The position numbers and the translations under genes were made by a program. From Vitrella brassicaformis CCMP3155 (lineage: Eukaryota > Protista > Chromerida): a stretch of 55,105 bases of DNA. The stretch is taken from positions 1 through 55,105 of the forward strand of contig CDMY01000541.1 in assembly GCA_001179505.1 (NCBI GenBank), in the 5' to 3' direction. A model generated the notes under the pieces. It was not told the origin of the DNA, did not search any database, and worked only from the letters and a program-made list of their open reading frames with translations. This document shows positions 24,690-36,764 of the stretch, one piece after another; position 1 is the first letter of the stretch; every line of letters starts with the position of its first letter.

Positions 24690-27600
24690 CTACTCAGAGA
24701 GCTCGACGTCGAGCGCCCATTGATCGAGTACATGCTGTTCATATGTCAAGTCGTCGTCTGCCTCTGTCTGACTGTCTGGCGAGAACGGATTAAGTGCAAG
24801 CCACTCAGTGCGTGTTGCCTGTGCTGACAGAAGAAAGTCTGCCGCTGCAGAGAGCACCGGCAGTTTGTCCGATTGCAGCACACAACAAGTGAAAACAATT
24901 GGATGTGACCTGCGCCACCGACGATAACTACAGGCATCAGGGGCAGTCACGCCATGCTGGCCGATAACACGGTGGAGCGTGTCACGAAGAGAACGATACA
25001 GTGGACAACATGCCAACACATGAGACTCATCCTCAATGGGAGGGCGGGTGATTGATTGCCCAGTAAGGCTCACGGCAGATACGAGCAAGTCAGTTCTGTG
25101 CGAGCAAAACGGGCATACGCTGCCCTCTCTCGGCCGGCCGAGGATGCGTCCATCCATGATGGCAGAAGGGTAGCAGCCCACCCGAAAAAGAAACAGAGCA
25201 CGACGCTTACGAAACGGCAGCGACAGGTAAGGAGGAAAGCACGGCAATGGCTGAATGATGCGATGGAGCCAATCTTGCCCTTGCTGGAGCACATGCATAT
25301 GCGCAGCAGCAGGGACATATGGCGCCATACACACAATCGAATCCATGTCACAGAGGCAGTCACGTAAGGGAGATGGAAAGGAACGATGTAGGCGAGGAAA
25401 TGCTACAGAAAAAGAATGATTGAACAAAGAAGACGGCACAAACAGCTCTTTGCGTGCCTGAAACAGAGCTCTACGAGAGACAGCTGTCTGGCCACACGCA
25501 TACGTGCGCCAAGGCAGTAAGGATATCGCCTCGGCTGAGAGAGGGGCGGAGGAAGGGAGGGAGCCTTACGCATATCAGGCAAATGAGCACGATTCCATCG
25601 GTCGGTCAAAAGACGAGCAAACTCTGCCTTTGTGTGCGCCATGATCATGTGTTTTATATCGATAGCACTCAGTGGGCCAATCTGACTAATACGGACGCGC
25701 TGGCCCATGAAATCGAATGTGCGTGCAAATAGAGTGAATGTGTTGTGCTTTTGCGTGTAGAAGTAAGCGTCGTTGCCCTGCATGCGCCGGAATGACGGAG
25801 CAGACCGATAAGCATGCTGTGCAACAGCAAAAGCCTTCTCTGCAAGGATGCCAGCTCTGCGATTGCGCAGGCGGACATAGAAGGACAGCTGGCGACAACG
25901 CGCCTCGAAGAGCACCGAAATACGACCAAGCTCACACAGCAAGGCCTCAGTAGAGACACGACGGGTGACCCCCATACAGGACAGCAAGTAGTGCCGATGG
26001 AGACGCTCAAGAGCATCACAGTTAGTGCCCGCCCATAGCTCACTACCGTACAGCTAGATGGGAGCTACCATGGCATCATACAAGTGGAAGCGTGTTTGTA
26101 GGTCAAGGGCAGGAAGCTGCCTAAGGCGACGTCGATATACCGCTAGCGCAGCCACCCCTTTCTTGGCCATCATNNNNNNNNNNNNNNNNNNNNNNNNNNN
26201 NNNNNNNNNNNNNNNNNNNNNNNNNNNNNNNNNNNNNNNNNNNNNNNNNNNNNNNNNNNNNNNNNNNNNNNNNNNNNNNNNNNNNNNNNNNNNNNNNNNN
26301 NNNNNNNNNNNNNNNNNNNNNNNNNNNNNNNNNNNNNNNNNNNNNNNNNNNNNNNNNNNNNNNNNNNNNNNNNNNNNNNNNNNNNNNNNNNNNNNNNNNN
26401 NNNNNNNNNNNNNNNNNNNNNNNNNNNNNNNNNNNNNNNNNNNNNNNNNNNNNNNNNNNNNNNNNNNNNNNNNCGTCGCGAATGAAGCCAGGCAAATCAT
26501 TAACAGAGAGGGAAAACAGCAAGGGGCCCATAACATCGCCTTGCTTGACACCATGCAGCTCATTGAAGACGGTAGAGAAACCCTCATACCCGCCATCCAC
26601 ACAAGCCTCTACATTAGCATACAGGGCCTCGAGAGCTCGAACCAGTCGCTCGCTAATGCCACTAGCACGTAACCTACACCACAGCAGGCTACGGTTGATC
26701 GAGTCGAACGCCTTGCGAAAATCGACAAAACAAACATACAGAGGGGAGTTAGCTCGCCTGGCCCGCTCGATGAGCGATGCCAAGACAAAGCACTGACCGA
26801 TCGTGGAGTGGTTTGTGCGAAAACCTGCCTGCTCAGGGCATATTGTTGACTGACGCAGTAGCTCTGACTGAAGCACATTACCATACAGCTTCATGAAGAC
26901 AGGCAGCAAGTGAATCCCTCTATAGTTGCCAGGGTCATCTAGGGGGGCCTTTCTTATGGATGGGATGAATGAGAATGCGATCAAATGAATATCCCCAGTG
27001 AGACGCCCGAAAGAAAGTGGAGAACACAGCAGCGAGATCATACAGTAGGGGGTCCCCCACTTGACGGACCACAGAGGAAGCAATCCCATCCATGCCTGGT
27101 GCACTCGTCTTAGAGCAGTTAGTCAGGGCACCATGCAGGTTGGCAGAAGTGAAGGGTTGGTGTGCCTGCCAGCTGACTGCCAAAGGCGGGCCACGCACCG
27201 CCTCATTCAGCAGCGACCAGCGCAGGAGACATTGCATTGAAGTACGGTACATTGAGGCCTTGAAAAAGCGCGGCAAACGCACCCGCGAACGCATCAGCTG
27301 ATGGACAGTCAACAGGCAACCGAGATGATGTGCCGGGGGGGGAGAGCAAGCGCCAGAAGTCGCGAGGGCAGTGGCGGCGCGAAAGAGTCACCTCTCGCAA
27401 CAACGCACTGGCCCGAGCGGACTTATGGCTACGACAGACACGATCACGATAGCTGCGGGCACGCAATGACTCATCTAGCGTGTGGGCAGCATCATGTGCA
27501 GACCCATATCGTAGCGCATATATATAAGCACGATATGCATGAGACGCACGCGAGATTGCACGATTGACCTCAGGGGAGCGAGGACATTTAGACACGCCAA

Positions 27601-28830
27601 AATGGCGGCCCTTGCCCTCTAGCTGGTTGAGAAGGGTGTGTGCAGCCCTCGCTCGACAGTCGATAAGACGACCGTGCCGATGCAAGAGACGAGTCAGTGA
27701 GTCAAGCAGTGCTCGCGCGCAGGATGCCGCTCGAACGGCATCCCCACGCCGACATGCATCAGAATGTGCTGAGCGTAGATGTATGTGAGCAGGGTCAGTC
27801 GCCAATGATGCACGAATAGCACCGACAGCCTGCGCACTCCACACGTATCTCACCCTGCCCTGCCTTGGCGCGGCTGCCTGCACCCGGCTACGAAGGCTAG
27901 TCAAAGATGGAGGCATCACAACGGGCATGATAGCCCATGACAGGCATCGGTGCGGCGTGTGAAATGCATGGTCGTCTACAGAAAAATGACTGGCGCGAAG
28001 GAAGATCTGCGGCGAGGCAGCTACGTAGTCAATAACGCTATGCTTCCTCCCTTGTGTACACGTAGGTTGAGCCGTCCTCTTAACAGGGCAGGGGCCTATC
28101 TGGCGACCATTAAAGAGCAGAAGGCAGGATGCCTTGCACAGAGCGAGCAGCCAGACGCCCATCCAGTTACGGGGGTGAGAGCAGTCACTGATACGCGTCG
28201 GTGGATTAAGCAAAAGGGGGTGCAGTGCTGTCGAGTCAATGCCAATATCTGCATAATCCGACGGCGGCAAAGTGTCAGGGTCAGTCGCCGTCTTGGCGTT
28301 AAAACCACCACACAGAAGCACATAACCATCCTCAGCCAATTGCTCACACAGCAGGGTGAAGGCACTCCACCACTGACCACCCTGGCCGTCGTCATCGGGG
28401 CGCATGAAAAGAGGCACGTAGCAGGCAAGCAGAAACACTGGGCGGTCCAGACCGAACAACTGCTGGTCCGCTCTCAGTATGACTGCATTAGCAAGTGGCG
28501 TCTCTCGACGCGTGAGCAGGTGAGTGACACGCGTACTCGTGTACCACGCGACCCCGCCCGACTTGACTTGTTTGTTCGCCGAACTACTGTACAAGGAGGC
28601 ACGTGGCGAAGACCAGCAAGTATAGCCAGTGAGAGCCACAGGCGGGTCATCCTCGTCCTGTTTCGTCTCAATAAAGGCGAGAAAGTCATAACGAACGCGT
28701 TTGCAACCATCCCACATACACAAATCATCCAGCAAATCACCATATGCACGGAACTTCGCCGCTAAGTCCTGGATATTCAAACACAGAAACGTGAAGGCCG
28801 GCAGCGAAGAGCTGGCCGGCGTCATGGCGA
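24690..28830 (-). pseudogene. LINE ORF2: APE endonuclease, reverse transcriptase, C-terminal zinc motif (frameshifted)
   Basis: APE motifs LNIQ, AFIETK, SGGVAWY, GGFNAKT (GDFN Asp lost) and VIDY. RT motifs YRGIHLL, QAGFR, FVDFRKAFDSI and GVKQGDVMGPLLF; the YADD region falls in the 26174-26473 gap. C-terminal CPFC...EDESHVLACCPLY. Frame changes near 27.2, 27.0 and 25.4 kb. Confidence 0.9.
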
Positions 28831-30191
28831 TCGACGCAATGCATCCATGCATGGATGGGCGGGGCCGACGGCTGGGGCAGCCGCGTCCCACGCCAGAGGA
28901 GCGCCGTGCGCCTGCTGGGCCGCTCCTGGTGGGCACTGCCTGTCTATGAATGGGTCTGCCTCTCGCCCGCCCCCTGCCCCTGGCTCTTCCTTTCCCCCCG
29001 CGTGCTGCTAGCCAGTCAGCCATATGCAAAAATACACGGGCACACCACTTGCCCATCCCCCGCCCACCACACAACACCGCACGCAGCAGGAATGGATCAG
29101 ACGCCCCGCCCACATNNNNNNNNNNNNNNNNNNNNNNNNNNNNNNNNNNNNNNNNNNNNNNNNNNNNNNNNNNNNNNNNNNNNNNNNNNNNNNNNNNNNN
29201 NNNNNNNNNNNNNNNNNNNNNNNNNNNNNNNNNNNNNNNNNNNNNNNNNNNNNNNNNNNNNNNNNNNNNNNNNNNNNNNNNNNNNNNNNNNNNNNNNNNN
29301 NNNNNNNNNNNNNNNNNNNNNNNNNNNNNNNNNNNNNNNNNNNNNNNNNNNNNNNNNNNNNNNNNNNNNNNNNNNNNNNNNNNNNNNNNNNNNNNNNNNN
29401 NNNNNNNNNNNNNNNCATGCACACGAAACGCACCCATCCCCGTCCCCTTCGACTGACTGCCCCTCCCATCCCAGCACGCGCCATGCACACGAAACGCTGC
29501 AACCACCCACACCGCGACACAGAATACGAAAACAGAGACCCGCCCACTCAGTAGCATGGATGCTAGACGTACACGCACTGCCACATGATGAAGCTGCCAA
29601 AAGGGCAGCCAGTAGATGCGAGAGCAGTGCATGAGCCATTGAATGGCATGCAACCGATGCAAGTCACTGGGTGGGCGCCATCGCTGCCATCTGCGAGCAG
29701 GGGGGCGGGGAGGAAGGGAGTAGAGGGGATATAAGCGAGGCGGGCAGTAAAGTAGGTACAGGCACGCCCGCATAATGACGAACAGCACGGCAGAGAAAAG
29801 ACTCAGTAAGAAGTATACGAGAAACAGCAGCATGGCGGCCTGTGGTGGAAAGAGGAGGGGAATAAGCAGCCAAAATACAAGGCTGCGAGTAAGCGACCAC
29901 CACGGAAAGCTCGCCGAGGGACACAGCAACCAGCAAGAGCCTGATGCAACATATGCAGACCAAGAGCGCACGGAGACAACAGGGCGGAGGGGGGAGTGTT
30001 GTGTATGACCTAGCTTAAGCGCCGCGAGACAGGCAGCGAATGAGCAGAATCCCATCCAGCCAATAATACAATATAGCAACCACGCGAAAACGACCATTCC
30101 CAGCGGCTGACAATGACGAACAACACAATGAAACCAACGAGTGGATATCTTGCGTGCACCCAGCCCTTCCTGCTCTCCCTTCCCCTTGTCC

Positions 30192-32191
30192 TTAGCGTTG
30201 GTGACGAAAACGGGGGACGCCAGGGGCATTGAGGCCGTCCCACGTTGACATGACGCCCGGCTTGTGGGGTGGGTAGGGGCCCGGCAGGCTGGTAGCTGTC
30301 CGCATGGAGGCCAGCGAGCGGCTGCTGGCGGAGCGGGAGAAGATCTCGCCCTCACGGTTCAGCTCGTCCAGTTGCTCCTCCGTGAGCTCCTCCGTGATCG
30401 GGGCCAACATGGGGTGGGGTGCGTTGGCAGGTTGCGGGGCCGGGGCTGCATTGGAGGGGAAGAGCTGCGGATGGGGTGCATAGGGGCCGGGCTGTGGGGC
30501 AGGGGGTGCGCATGAGGAGAGGGGCTGGATGTACGGTGCGTACGGCACCGGTGCTGGCGGAGGTGCCATGTACCCTCCCGACGGCATGGACGCGGACGCC
30601 GGTGACATGGCGGGCATGGGCGGCGCCCGAGGCCGAGACGGCCTAGTAGGCACCGACGGTGGCCGTGCTTGCATCGACGGGCTTGCTCTCGCTGGTGTCG
30701 ACGGCGCCGGCAGCATCAACGGGACCTGGGGCGCCGGTCGAGGGTGCGTCGACGGTGCCGGGCGTGCGGGTGATGCACGGTGGCGCTTGCGTTGGTTNNN
30801 NNNNNNNNNNNNNNNNNNNNNNNNNNNNNNNNNNNNNNNNNNNNNNNNNNNNNNNNNNNNNNNNNNNNNNNNNNNNNNNNNNNNNNNNNNNNNNNNNNNN
30901 NNNNNNNNNNNNNNNNNNNNNNNNNNNNNNNNNNNNNNNNNNNNNNNNNNNNNNNNNNNNNNNNNNNNNNNNNNNNNNNNNNNNNNNNNNNNNNNNNNNN
31001 NNNNNNNNNNNNNNNNNNNNNNNNNNNNNNNNNNNNNNNNNNNNNNNNNNNNNNNNNNNNNNNNNNNNNNNNNNNNNNNNNNNNNNNNNNNNNNNNNGGG
31101 GGGGGGGGGGTCGACAGCGTCGTTGAGCTGGTGTACGGCCTCCGTGAAGTCGCGCGCAGACACACGTGGGAGGGCGAGCGGGGTGAGCAGGTGCAGGTCA
31201 TATGTGGGGTGGGGGGGCGAGAGCGCCTCCACCGACGGGACAGCCAATGCCGGTCCCACATAGATGTCATCCGCCTTCTGTGTCCGCTCGGCGAGGCGAG
31301 GCGCAGTCCTTGCTTGAGGTGGTCGGCGGCCGCCTTCTCACTCGCCAATTGGAGTCTCACGCCGTTGTGGAGCTGGAGGCCGTAGCCCATTTCCATGCGG
31401 GTGTGCATCTCGGTGGCCAGGTCGCCATTGGAGAAGTGAATGATGACGTCCCGCGAGCGGGACCCCACCGCGAAACACGCGAAGCTGCGCGTGTCGAATG
31501 GGGGGAGGGGGGGGGGGGCAGCAGACGCGAGAACGCCGTAGGTGTACTGCTGGAGCTGATGAGAGTTGAGGGGGGGCATGCCGGGCTGCAGCACGTTCTT
31601 GATGCGAAGCCTTCCTTGGACGGCCTTGCGCTCGACGGCATCCAGGCGGGTGTCCTGGTGGATGGCCACTTTGGTGAGGTTAACGACCGCGTGAGTGACG
31701 CCACCCAACAGCTGCTCATGCTTGTGGCCGAGATGGGTGACGGTGTCATCGAGGCTGCGCATGGAGTCGGCCGTCGTCTCCTGGACGTCTGCCACGGCCT
31801 CGGGGACGATGTCGGCAGTCGCTCGCATGGCCATGTCGTAGCTGAACGCTGCAGCCGCCACGCCGACCTTGATGAAGTCATCGAGGTGTGGAGAAGTGCT
31901 CGAAACTCCAAATTGCATCACCAGCTGCTTGATGGCGGTCTCCATTCCCGCCATCTTCTGCCCGTCAGCTAGAAGGTCTGCAGCCATCTGGTGGGCGAGG
32001 ATGCGCTGCCTCAGTGCTGCTCGACGGGTGGTGGGGTCATCATGAGAGACAGCCATGGGGGAGGCTGCAGGGGGCGAGGTGGAGTCCATGACGGGTGAGG
32101 GGGAGGTGAGTGAGACCGCGATGGGCATCAACCTGGAGGTACGGCGGGATAGCCGAGTGAGGAGGGCAGAGAGGCTCTTTCGGGGGTCCAA
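30192..32191 (-). CDS. LINE ORF1-like protein (coiled coil, RRM-like segment, Pro-rich tail), frameshifted near 31.26 kb
   Basis: A long ORF upstream of ORF2 has a heptad-like region (SMRSLDDTV...TRLDAVERK) followed by RLRIKNV...DVIIHF. Confidence 0.65.
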
Positions 32192-32239
32192 GTCTCACAG
32201 CCGATGGTTTTGCTCAGTGCGGCACCAGAAACAGCCCGA

Positions 32240-32301
32240 GCAGACAGCGAGTATCGGCACACCTGATGCAGACAGCGAGTATCGGCACACCTGGTAGACA
32301 G
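32240..32301. repeat. 28-bp tandem repeat in the LINE 5' region
   Basis: GCAGACAGCGAGTATCGGCACACCTG occurs at 32240 and 32268, with a partial third copy at 32294. Confidence 0.9.
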
Positions 32302-32315
32302 ATCTGAGCTGATTG

Positions 32316-32605
32316 TACGAACAGCATGTCTTGGATCAGTGGGCGCTCGACGTCGAGCTCTCTGACTAGCCTCTGGGTGTCGTGCCTATGTCTGGCTGTC
32401 ATTCTCGTATATCTGCAACCGGTGTCGACAGCGATTTTTCTGACCATCATAGGGTGGCACGTGCGTGTCGAGTGGGTGGGTGGGTGGGATGGGGAGACAG
32501 GCCGTGTGCATGCTTCTGTGCATGTGCATGCTGCTAGTTTAGTGCGCCTGGACAGGATCCCCTCGGGGTTACAGACACGAGTCTCGTTAAACACAATAAC
32601 CAACC
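32316..32605 (+). mobile_element. Short 5'-truncated copy of the same LINE family (last ORF2 codons, 3' UTR, AACC tail), inverted relative to the main element
   Basis: Reverse complement of 24401-24743. Encodes YEQHVLDQWALDVELSD* against YEQHVLDQWALDVELSE* in the main copy. Confidence 0.9.
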
Positions 32606-32664
32606 GCTCGTCCAGCACGCAACACGCAACAGCACGCAACAACACGCAACACGGCAGATCTACA

Positions 32665-33465
32665 ATGGCGCTGCGAGAGGCGCGAACACATGTGGCAGAC
32701 ACGCAACACCGCACGCACGTCACCCGGCAGACGGCCGGTGTGGGGCGGCCACTGGGCTTTTGAAAGGCCCCGGTGACGTGCGCATTGCGCTACGGCTCTA
32801 CACGTACATGGCAGGCGGGCTTGGAGCCTCCCCCCAGGACCCGAAGAGCGGGGTTTTGTGTGGCCCTTCGACCCCACGAAGCGCGGTTTGTTCGTGGAGG
32901 GCGGGGCGCTCTTCAATGACGCCGTAGAGATCCGGGGCTTCCTTCAAGGCGAGCGAAGCTTTCTGGATATCTCCGGCAGCGTGCGGATTATAAGGCTGGG
33001 AGAGCGTTTTGGCAACCTCTTTGTCGACGGTGGCATCCTCAGCAGCTCAGTCGTCACCGACTCGCTGTTTGTATTTCAGGCGGACAACCAGCTTCACCAA
33101 GTGTGTGAGCCAGCGGGGAGCTGCGCCCGATCCGAAGGCTGTCGGCCGAGGAGAATCCAGCGATTGGTGACGAGGAGCAGTCGGCTGTCCTGGAGGCCTT
33201 CAAGCAGCTGCCCATCAAGACCGTCAAGACCACCACAGCCAACAGGAATGCGATAGCGACAGAGCAGCAGCACAGCCCAATGGCCAGCCGTGATCATCAG
33301 CAGCGTCAGGGGCAGCTGCTTTTGGCGGCTGAGGACGTCGAACGGCTCTTCCCGCAGGCCGTCAAGACCATGTCGCGGCCCGCACACGACAAGGGACAAG
33401 AGAAAGAGAGCAACAAGGGCCACAAAGGGAAGAAGGGCGGCGAACAGACAGCACAGGCCAGCAAG
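32665..33465 (+). CDS. Hypothetical protein fragment(s)
   Basis: Coding-like stretches (GLLKGPGDVRIALRLYTY; PFDPTKRGLFVEGGALFNDAVEI; EEQSAVLEAFKQLPIKTVK) in shifting frames; no recognised domain. Confidence 0.3.
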
Positions 33466-33467
33466 AC

Positions 33468-34541
33468 TGGCTATGTGGATGAAGAGGTAGAGAAATAGAA
33501 ACTTCATTTTGTCAGGCACCATCTGCTGCACAGCGCTGTGAATAGACATACCATCAGTTGACACAGTATCTCCCATGAGCGATTCTTCAGTGCACAGTCT
33601 GTGTAATTCGTTACAGCTCACTTACAGGATGAGGGGTCCGATGTGAGGGTTTAGTGTGGCAGATTGCAGCAGCCGCAGGGTGAACATCAGCGCCACCACA
33701 GCCAATATGTCGGACGACCAATCTGAAGACCACTCCGAGAAGTGCACCATCAAGAAGAATACCAGCGCCAACGACGTCGAGAAATACCACAAGTTCGTGT
33801 AGGCAAGAGAATCATCCATGATAAACTTCAAAAGAAGTCATTCCGATGCATTCGCCTCAGTACTGTCCTCTCTGGAAGGCTCTCCGTCTTACCAGGAGTC
33901 GCTGAAGTATGACCACTTCAGCCGAACGATCTGCAGAGGACAAATTGCCTCCGTCTCGCATTCGAATCATCCCAGTAGATGATATCCGTCTCACCTGGTA
34001 GATTTTTTGAAGGATCAGCCCACCTCCCAGAGCGGCAGGGAGCCACAACCACATACCGTTGGAGGGATTCCTGTGCCGTTGGCCTTCGATGCGTCGACAT
34101 GCAGCAAAACGACGATGATCCTAAATAATGGGGATCGAAGAGCTAAGTACAATTAACTAGTCCCGTGCTGCAGGAGGGCTTTGCTTTGTCTGAGCCCAAA
34201 GCGCTTTATCTGAGCTCACAGCAGCAGCGTAGTAATGCTGCGGCTGATAAAGGCAGTGCGAGGCGATACCATACGCCAGGATCATACTTCTTGCAATGCT
34301 TTTCACGGCAGCCAGGCGAGACCAGGCTGTTGGGATAGTCTGAAGAGCGTTGCTGTGAAGATTGACATGCTCCACACTAAAACCAGGCAAGGTTAGACGT
34401 GCCCCAAGGCACTCGAATTTGTCTCACATCTCTTTATTTGCGTCTCGGGAAGGGATCCATTGCAACCGAAGACTTCGATGCGATTGTAGTTGAGGTCTAG
34501 CCATCTGAGTGACGCGAGGGGCTGCAAAGACGGCAGCAAAC
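33468..34541 (-). pseudogene. Truncated gene with leucine-rich repeats and a TRP/polycystin-like transmembrane region
   Basis: LRR motifs QPLASLRWLDLNYNRI and VEHVNLHSNALQTIP. TM segments and an S4-S5-linker-like LRLLQSATLNPHIGPLIL|AVQQMVPDKMKFLFLYLF are joined by a phase-consistent intron. The 5' end is cut by the 60-bp array, and no pore or S6 follows. Confidence 0.6.
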
Positions 34542-34798
34542 ACATTCATCACATACAGGCACTCCACATCGACACGTGCATGCGCAGGGGTGCGCACAGA
34601 AGGATTCATTATATATACACACTCCACGTCCAAACGTGCATGCGCAGGTGTGCGCACAGAGACATTCATCACATACACACACTTCACATCGACACGTGCA
34701 TGCGCAGGGGTGCGCACAGAGACACTCATCACATACACACGCTTCACATCGACACGTGCATGCGCAGGGGTGCGCACAGAGACATTCATCATACACAC
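34542..34798. repeat. Array of the 60-bp unit (~4.3 copies; local variant CACATCGAC instead of CAAGTCGAC)
   Basis: Repeated CACATCGACACGTGCATGCGCAGGGGTGCGCACAGAGACATTCATCACATACACAC; ends directly at the copia LTR. Confidence 0.95.
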
Positions 34799-35005
34799 TG
34801 TCAGATCCAATGTGAGTGAGAGAATATCCGTCACTGAGCCACATACACAATGTCCATGAGTCCCACACATCACAGACCACAGTGCATGCAGTGAAGCGTA
34901 CCTGAGCCACATACACAATGTCCATGAGTCCCACACATCACAGACCACAGTGCATGCAGCTGGTACACTGTACACATAACGGTCATATCCTGGCCAATCC
35001 TGTCA
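34799..35005 (-). repeat. Copia 3' LTR (207 bp, with an internal ~58-bp duplication)
   Basis: Aligns with 40567-40713. CTGAGCCACATACACAATGTCCATGAGTCCCACACATCACAGACCACAGTGCATGCAG occurs twice. Confidence 0.85.
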
Positions 35006-35068
35006 CCCCCTCTCGCCTCAGTGGCACCAAAAAGGACAGATGGGCACTGAGGCGGACCTGCCTTGCAT

Positions 35069-36720
35069 CTATCCACCCATAATAGACGCTCTCAGCAAAA
35101 GAAAACTCCTTCTATCCAGCACCTTAGTGAAAATGTCGGCTACATTCTCCTTGCTCGGCACGTATCTAAGGTCTATCTCACGCGACACCACATAATCACG
35201 TACATAGTGAAGTGTGCGCTCGAAATGCCTCGTGCGCTTCTTCGTACCCTCATCTGAGCCGACATCTAAGGCAGCTGTGTTGTCACCATACAGAGAGAGA
35301 CGGCCACACGAAATGAGCAAACCAACCCATTCCTCCAACACAGACTTCACATACATAAGTGCCTTGCTGCATTGCGCCATGGCATCGTATTCCGACTCAG
35401 ATGTACCCTGTGCAGCAGTGTGCTGGACGCGGCTCCGCCACATGACAGGGCCGCCACCCATGAACACCACATAACCATCAGTCGACTTTGCTCCTGGCTG
35501 GTCAGTCAGTGACGCATCAGCATAGCCATCCAGATTGAAAAGAACCATACGCATGTCATCCACATCCATCGTGTCCCATTCACCGCCAGAAAAAGTGATG
35601 CCTAGCTCCCGTGTCCCCTTGATGTAACGCAACACATGATGACACGCATGTACATGAACAGGTGTGGGTGCATCCAACACACGAGACAACACGAAACACG
35701 CATAGGACAGATCAGGTCTACATGTAGACGCAGCGTACTGCAGGTGGCCGACTACTAATCTATATGGGAAGTCAGCTATTTTCGCTAGCTCCCTCTCTGA
35801 ATACTGATCACTACGCAAATTGAAGTTGGGGCCGATAGGTAAAGGGCAATCGGCTGGCGAACAGTCAGTCATATTGAACTTGGCTGACACAGCATCCATG
35901 TATTTAGCCAGATGAAGTGTGAGCTGACCATTCTGTCTATCTCGACTGACTGACACACCCAAAACGTACTTACATCACCCAGATCCTCGACTACAAATCG
36001 TTCATTCAGTCTGTCTTGCAGCCACGCATATCCCTCACTCGTCGATGCAACTACCATATCATCTACATAGCGTGCGAGCAAAATGCCGAGAGACTCCTGG
36101 TAATACAGACACGTCTCACTGCGAACAGATAGAAAGCCCAGCTCACACAAATACGAATCGATATGTACGTGCCATGCACGAGGTGCACCGGGCAGACCAT
36201 ATAAAGCCCGCTGCAGCTCCATCACACATCCATCCACACGATAGCCATCAGGAAACTCACACCACACAGGCTCATGCAAAGGAGAGTAAAGAAAAGCCGT
36301 CTCGACATCCATGTGCTTCAGGTCAAGGTCCATCGCATTGGCTGTGCTGGCCACAACACGAAATGCATCAAAGTTGAGTGTGGGTGAGAATGTCGGGCCT
36401 CTCTCCTGCCATGGCTGCTCAAAACCACGCACCACAATCCTAGCCTTAAACTTGTGTGCCCGTACAGCAAACACCCATTTGATAGACAGGACCTGACCTC
36501 TGGCTGAGCTACGAGACACTGTCTTGTACACTTCCTTTGCACGCACACTATTCATCTCACGATCCATTGCCTCCTCCCATCTATGTCTCAGTGGACTCTT
36601 CATTGCCTGCGCATATGTCTTGGGCTCGCCCAAAAGCCGGGCGTGCGCCAAGTCACTCCTCAACTCCTCATCAATCACAGCAGGCATGGCAATCAGACAC
36701 ATCAGTGAGTGGATGCACAC
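35069..36720 (-). pseudogene. Copia reverse transcriptase and RNase H (frameshift near 35.92 kb)
   Basis: Motifs EPKTYAQAM, KARIVVRGFEQ, MDVETAFL, RALYGLPGAPRAW, YVDD, YADAS, STDGY, SESEY, GDNTAA and ENVADIFTK. Confidence 0.92.
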
Positions 36721-36764
36721 TCATTCCATGCAGCACACAATACACCACAATACAACACACCACA

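Larger units (their letters stand above)
24401..32300 (-). mobile_element. Non-LTR retrotransposon (APE + RT LINE), near full length but defective, with an (AACC)n 3' tail
   Basis: ORF1, APE, RT and a C-terminal CCHC-type motif occur in order on the minus strand. (GGTT)4 lies at 24401-24416. There are frameshifts and three N gaps inside. Confidence 0.92.
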
